A stretch of 56,710 nucleotides of DNA from Chiloscyllium plagiosum (taxonomy: Eukaryota). Location of the stretch: NCBI RefSeq assembly GCF_004010195.1, contig NW_025215091.1, forward strand, positions 1-56,710, in the 5' to 3' direction. Below the pieces are notes generated by a model. It made no database searches, was not told where the DNA came from, and was given only the letters and a program-made list of their open reading frames with translations. Both the position numbers and the translations under genes were made by a program. Positions 51,701 through 56,710 of the stretch are shown one piece after another (position 1 is the first letter of the stretch; each line of letters starts with the position of its first letter).

Positions 51701-54700
51701 TGTCTCAGAGAGTGTCAGTGAGGCTCAGAAAGAGTCACAGTGGGTCACAATATGTCAGAGAATGTCACAGTATGCCTCAGAATGTGTCAGAGAGAGTCAG
51801 AGAGTGTCACAGAGTGTATAAGAGAGTGTCAGAGAAAGTCAGAGAATGTCACAATGAGTCACAGTCTGTCAGAGAGTGTTATAGTGTGTCTCAGAGAGTG
51901 TCAGAGAGTGTTACAGTTTGTCTCAGAGAGTGTCAGAGAGTGTCACAGTGTCTCAGAGCACGGTACCGTGCGTCAGGGAGTCTCACAGTCGGTCAGAGAG
52001 TGTCAGAGTGTGTCAGAGACTGTCAGAGAGTGTCACAGTGTGCCTCAGAGAAAGTCAGATAGTGTCACAGTGTGTTACAGTCTGTCAGAGCGTGTCATGG
52101 TGTGTCACAATTTGTCAGAAATTGTTATCGTGTGTTTCAGAGAGTGTCAAATTGAGTCAGTGAGCGTCACAGTGTATCATACTGTGCCTCAAGAATGTCA
52201 GAGAGAGTCAGAGAGTGTCACAGTGTGTCTCAGAGAGTGTCAAAGTGTGTTTCAGAGAGTCAGAGAGAGTCAAACGTGTGACAGTCTGTCTCAGAGAGTG
52301 TCACAGAATGTGAGAGAATGTCACAGAGTGCCTCAGAGAGTCTCAGAGAAAGTCAGGGTATATCACAGTCTGTCAGAGAGTGTCACAGTGTGTCTCAGAG
52401 TGTGTCACAGTGTATGTCAGAGTGCAAGAGAAGGTTACAGTTTATTTCAGAGTTCATCAGAGAGAGTCAGACAGGGTCACAGTGAATCAGATTATGTCTC
52501 AGAGTTTGTAAGAGAGGGTCATCGTTTGTCTCAGAGAGGGTCACAGTTAGTGAGAGAGTCTCAACGTGTGTCAAAGCCTGTCAGAGTGTGTCGTATTGTG
52601 TTTTAGATTGTCAGAGAGAGTCAGAGAGTGTCACAGTGAGACATGCTGTGCCTCACAGAGGTTCAGAAAGTGTCACTGTGTGTCTGAGAGAGTGTCTGAG
52701 AGGGTCAGCGCATTTCTCAGGGAGGGTCACAGTCTGTCAGAGAGTGTTACATTGTGTCAGAGAGAGTGACAGAAATAGTCAGAGACTGTCACAATGTGTC
52801 TAAGACAGTGTTAGTGAAAGTCAGAGAGTGCCACAATTTGTCAGAGTCTGTCAGAGAGCTGTACAGTATGCCTCAGAGAGTGCCTCAGAGAAAGTCAGAG
52901 AGTGTGTCACAGTCTGTCAGAGGATGTCATAGTGTGTCACATTCTGTCAGAAATTGTGGCACTCTCTGACTTTCACTAACACTGTCTTAGACACATTGTG
53001 ACAGTCTCTGACTATTTCTGTCACTCTCTGTGACACAATGTAACACTCTCTGACAGACTGTGACCCTCCCTGAGAAAAACGCTGACCCTCTCAGACACTC
53101 TCTCAGACACACAGTGACACTTTCTGAATCTCTGTTTCAGAGAGTGTCAGACCGAGTCAGAGAGCGTCACAGTGTATCGTACTGTGGCTCAGAGAATGTC
53201 AGAGAGTGTCACAGTCTGTCTCAGAGAGTATCAGAGGTGGTCAGAGTCTGTCTGAGGGTCACAGTCTGTCAGGGAGTGTTACAGTGTGTCTCAGAGAGTG
53301 ACAGGAAGAAGGAAAGAGTTTCAAAGAGTGCTTCAGAGACTGTCAGAGAGAGTCAGAGAGTGACACAGTCTGTCTCAGAGAGTTTCAGAGATAGTCAGAG
53401 TATGTCACAGTGTGTCGGCGTGAGTCACAGTGTGTCTCAGAGTAAGTTAGAGAGTGTCACAGTGTGTCACAGTAAGTCAGAGAGTATTACAGTGTGTCTC
53501 AGAGAGTGCCATAGAGAATCAGAGAATGTCACAGTGTGTCACAATCTGTCAGAGTGTCACAGTATGTCTCAGAGAATGTCCGAGTGAGTCAGAGAGTGTC
53601 ACAGTCTTTCACAGAGTGTCACAGTCTGTTTCAGAGAGTGTCAGAGAGTGTCACAGTGTGTCTCAGAGAGGGGCAGAGAGTGTCACTGTGTGTCTCAGAG
53701 TGTATCAGAGAGAGTCGGAGAATGTTACATTGTGTCACAGTCTGTCAGAGAGTGTTATAGTGTGTCTCAGAGAGTGTCAGAGAGTGTTACAGTGTGTCCC
53801 AGAGAGTGTCACAGAGTCTCAGAGAATGTCACCGTGTGTTATGGAGGGTCGCAGTCAGTCAGAGAGTGTCACCTTGTGTTTCAGCGAGAGTCAGAGAGTG
53901 TCACAGTGTGTCACAGTGAGTGTCAGAGAGGGTCAGAGAGTGTCAGATATATTCACAGTGTGTCTCAGACAGTGTCACATTGTGTCTTAGAGAGTGTCAG
54001 AGAGTCAGAGAGTGTCACTGTGTCAGAGCCTGTCATATTGTGTCACAGAACGTGTCAGAGAGTGTCACTGTGTGTCACAGAGAGTGTCAGAGAGGGTCAG
54101 AGAGAGTCACAGTGAGTCATGCTGTGTCTCAGAGACATTCAGAAAGTGTCACAGTGTGTCTCAGAGAGTGTCAAAGTGCGTCACAGTCTGTAAGAGAAGA
54201 TTACAATGTATTTCAGAGTGCATCAGAGAGAGTCATAAAGTGTCACAGTGAGTCAGAGAGTGTCAGAGAGAGTTACAGAGGCTCACAGTCTGTCAGAGAA
54301 TGTCACAGTGTGCCTCATAATGTGTCAGAGAGAGTCAGAGAATGTCACATTGTGTCACAGTCTGTCAGAGAGTGTTATAGTGTGTCTCAGAGAGTGTCAG
54401 AAAATGTTACAGTGTGTCCCAGAGAGTGTGACACGCTCTGACAGACTGTGACACATTGTGATACTTTCTGACTCTCTCTGGCTATCTGCGACACACTGTG
54501 ACATACTCTGACTCTCACTGACACTGTCTGAGACAGACTGTGACATTCTCTTACGCGCTGTGCCTCTCTCTGAGTGTCACAGGGTCTCAGAGAATGTCAC
54601 CATGTGTCATGGAGGGTCGCAGGCGGTCAGACAGTGTCACCGTGTGTTTCAGCGAGAGTCAGAGAGTGTCACAGTGTGTCACAGAGAAGGTCAGAGAGGG

Positions 54701-56710
54701 TCAGAGAGTGTCAGATATATTCACAGTGTGTCTCAGACAGTGTCACAGTGTGTCTCAGAGAGGGTTAGAGAGAGTCAGTGAGTGTCACTGTGTGTCAGAG
54801 TCTGTCATAGTGTGTCACAGACCGTGTCAGAGAGCGTCACAGTCTGTCAGAGAGTGTCACAGTGTGCCTCAGTGTGTCTCACAGTGTGGTACAGTCCGTG
54901 AGAGAGTGTCACAGTGTGCCTCACAGCGTCTCAGAGAAAGTCAGAGAACGTCACAGTGTGTCATAGTCTGTCAGAGAGTGTCATGGTGTGTCTCAGAGAG
55001 TGTCAGAAAGAGTCAGAGAGTGTTCCAGTGTGTCTCAGATGGTGCCAGACAGAGTCAGAAAGTGTCACAGTGTGTCTCCGAGAGTGTCACGGTGTGTCAC
55101 AGTCTGCAAGAGAAGGTTACAGTTTATTTCAGAGTTCATCAGAGAGTCAGAGAGGGTAACAGTGCATCAGACTGCGTCTCAGAGAGGGTCAGCGTCTGTC
55201 TCATAGAGGGTCACAGTTAGTGAGAGTGTGTCAATGTGTGTCACAGTCTGTCAGAGAGTGTCATATTGTGTTTCAGAGATTGTCAGAGAGAGTCAGAGAA
55301 TGTCACAGTGTGTCACAGACTGTCAGAGAGAGTCACAGGGTGTCTCAGAGAATGTCAGAGCGTGTCAGACAGAGTCATATTGTGTCTCAGAGAGTGACAG
55401 ATAGAGTCACAATGTGTCTCAGAGAGCGTCACAGTGTGTATCAGAGGGCGTCCGAGACCGTCAGAGATTGTCACAATGTGTCAAGGAATGTCGTAGTCTG
55501 TCACAGAGGGTATCACAGAGTATCACAGTCTGTCAGAGAGTGTCACAGCGTGTTTCAGAAAGTGTCAGAGAGTGCCACAGATAGTCAGAGAGTGTCACAG
55601 TGTGTCAGAGAGTGTCACTGTGTGTTTCAGAGTGTGTCAGAGATGGTCAGTCAGTGTCTCAGAGTGTCAAAGTGAGTTACAGTGTGTCTCAAAGAATCAG
55701 AGTGTCACAGTGTGTCTAAGAGAGTGTCAGAGAGCGTCAGAGAGTGTCACAGTCTGTCTCAGAGAGGGTCAGAACGTGTCACAGTGTGTCTCAGTCTGTC
55801 AGCGAGTGTCACAGTGTGCCTCAGAGAGTGTCAGAGAAAGTCAGAGAGTGTTGCAGTGTGTCTCAGAGAGTGTCAGAGAGGGTCAGAGAGTGTCACAGTC
55901 TGTCTCAGAGAGTGTCACAGTGTGTCAGAGAGTGTCATAGTGTGTCACAGAGAGTGTCAGAGAGTGTCACAATCTGTCACAGTGAATCAGATTATGTCTC
56001 AGAGTTTGTAAGAGAGAGTCAGCGTTTGTCTGAGAGAGGGTCACAGTTAGTGAGAGAGTCTCAACGTATGTCAAAGCATGTCAGAGAGTGTCGTATTGTG
56101 TTTGAGATTGTCAGAGAGAGTCAGAGAGTGTCACAGTGTGTCACAGCCTGTCAGTGAGAGTCACAGTGTGTCTCAGAGAATGTCAGAGTATCATATAGAG
56201 TCATAGTGTGTCTCAGAGTGTCACAGTGTGTTTCAGAGAATGTCCAATAGAGTCAGAGAATGTCACAGTGTTTCAGAGAGTGTCACAATCTGTCAGAGTG
56301 TCACAGTGTGTATCAGTGAGTATCAGACAGTGTCACAGTGTATCTCAGTGAGTGTCAGCGAGAGTCACAGTGTGTTTCAGAGTATCACAGAGAGTCAGAG
56401 AGTGTCACAGTGTTTCAGAGAGTGTCACAATCTGTCAGAGTGTCACAGTGTGTATCAGTGAGTGTCAGAGAGTCACAGTGTGTCTCAGAATATCACAGAG
56501 TGTCAGAGTGTCACAGTGTGTCTCAGAGTTTCAGGATGAGTTACACTGTGTCTCAGAGAGTCAGAGAATGTCACAGTGTGTCTTAGAGATTGTCAGGGAG
56601 CGTCGGACAGTGTCACAGTCTGTCTCAGAGGGGTTCAGAGTGTGTCACAGTGTGTCACAGTCTTTCAGAGAGTTGTACAGTGTGCCTCAGAGAGTGTCAG
56701 AGAAAGTCAG
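39797..56710. repeat. Satellite B: degenerate ~10-bp units TGTCAGAGAG / TGTCACAGTG / TGTCTCAGAG with higher-order repeats
   Basis: Directly visible over 17 kb to the window end; contains two inverted segments (52951-53135, 54429-54573). Confidence 0.97.

Noticed and set aside
39780..56586. Numerous SQRVSE/RECHSV ORFs with Cys/His patterns
   Set aside because: Translations of the 10-bp satellite; no C2H2 spacing or TGEKP linkers, so not zinc-finger genes
7660..56710. CRISPR-like repeat-spacer array
   Set aside because: Vertebrate context, degenerate repeats, and spacers are low-complexity rather than unique

Overview
Repeat-dense vertebrate genomic DNA, almost certainly from a shark (inferred from the HE1-type V-SINE with an (AATCT)n tail, abundant CR1 LINE fragments and Penelope-type termini), with seven N-gaps. 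From left to right: CR1 fragments carrying a 1,090-bp unit repeated ~3.5 times (989-4750); a decayed purine-rich minisatellite; a large (CA)n/GAGGGAGGGAC satellite (7660-27954) interrupted by CR1 and SINE insertions; nested CR1 copies (28417-30951); a CpG-rich promoter (~32600-33050) with a chain of frame-compatible minus-strand candidate exons; Penelope-type inverted termini with a hammerhead-ribozyme core around a gap; a decayed, 3'-truncated class I-like endogenous retrovirus on the minus strand (35181-~39790: LTR, tRNA-Lys PBS, structured leader, gag, UGA-readthrough pro, RT); and a 17-kb TGTCAGAGAG/TGTCACAGTG satellite with two internal inversions. The most notable signal is an extra domain between protease and RT in the retroviral pol carrying two H-x-[S/T]-like motifs, a candidate 2H phosphodiesterase. 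No intact known host protein-coding gene is recognisable, and most listed ORFs are satellite artefacts. All family assignments come from motif recognition, not database searches.
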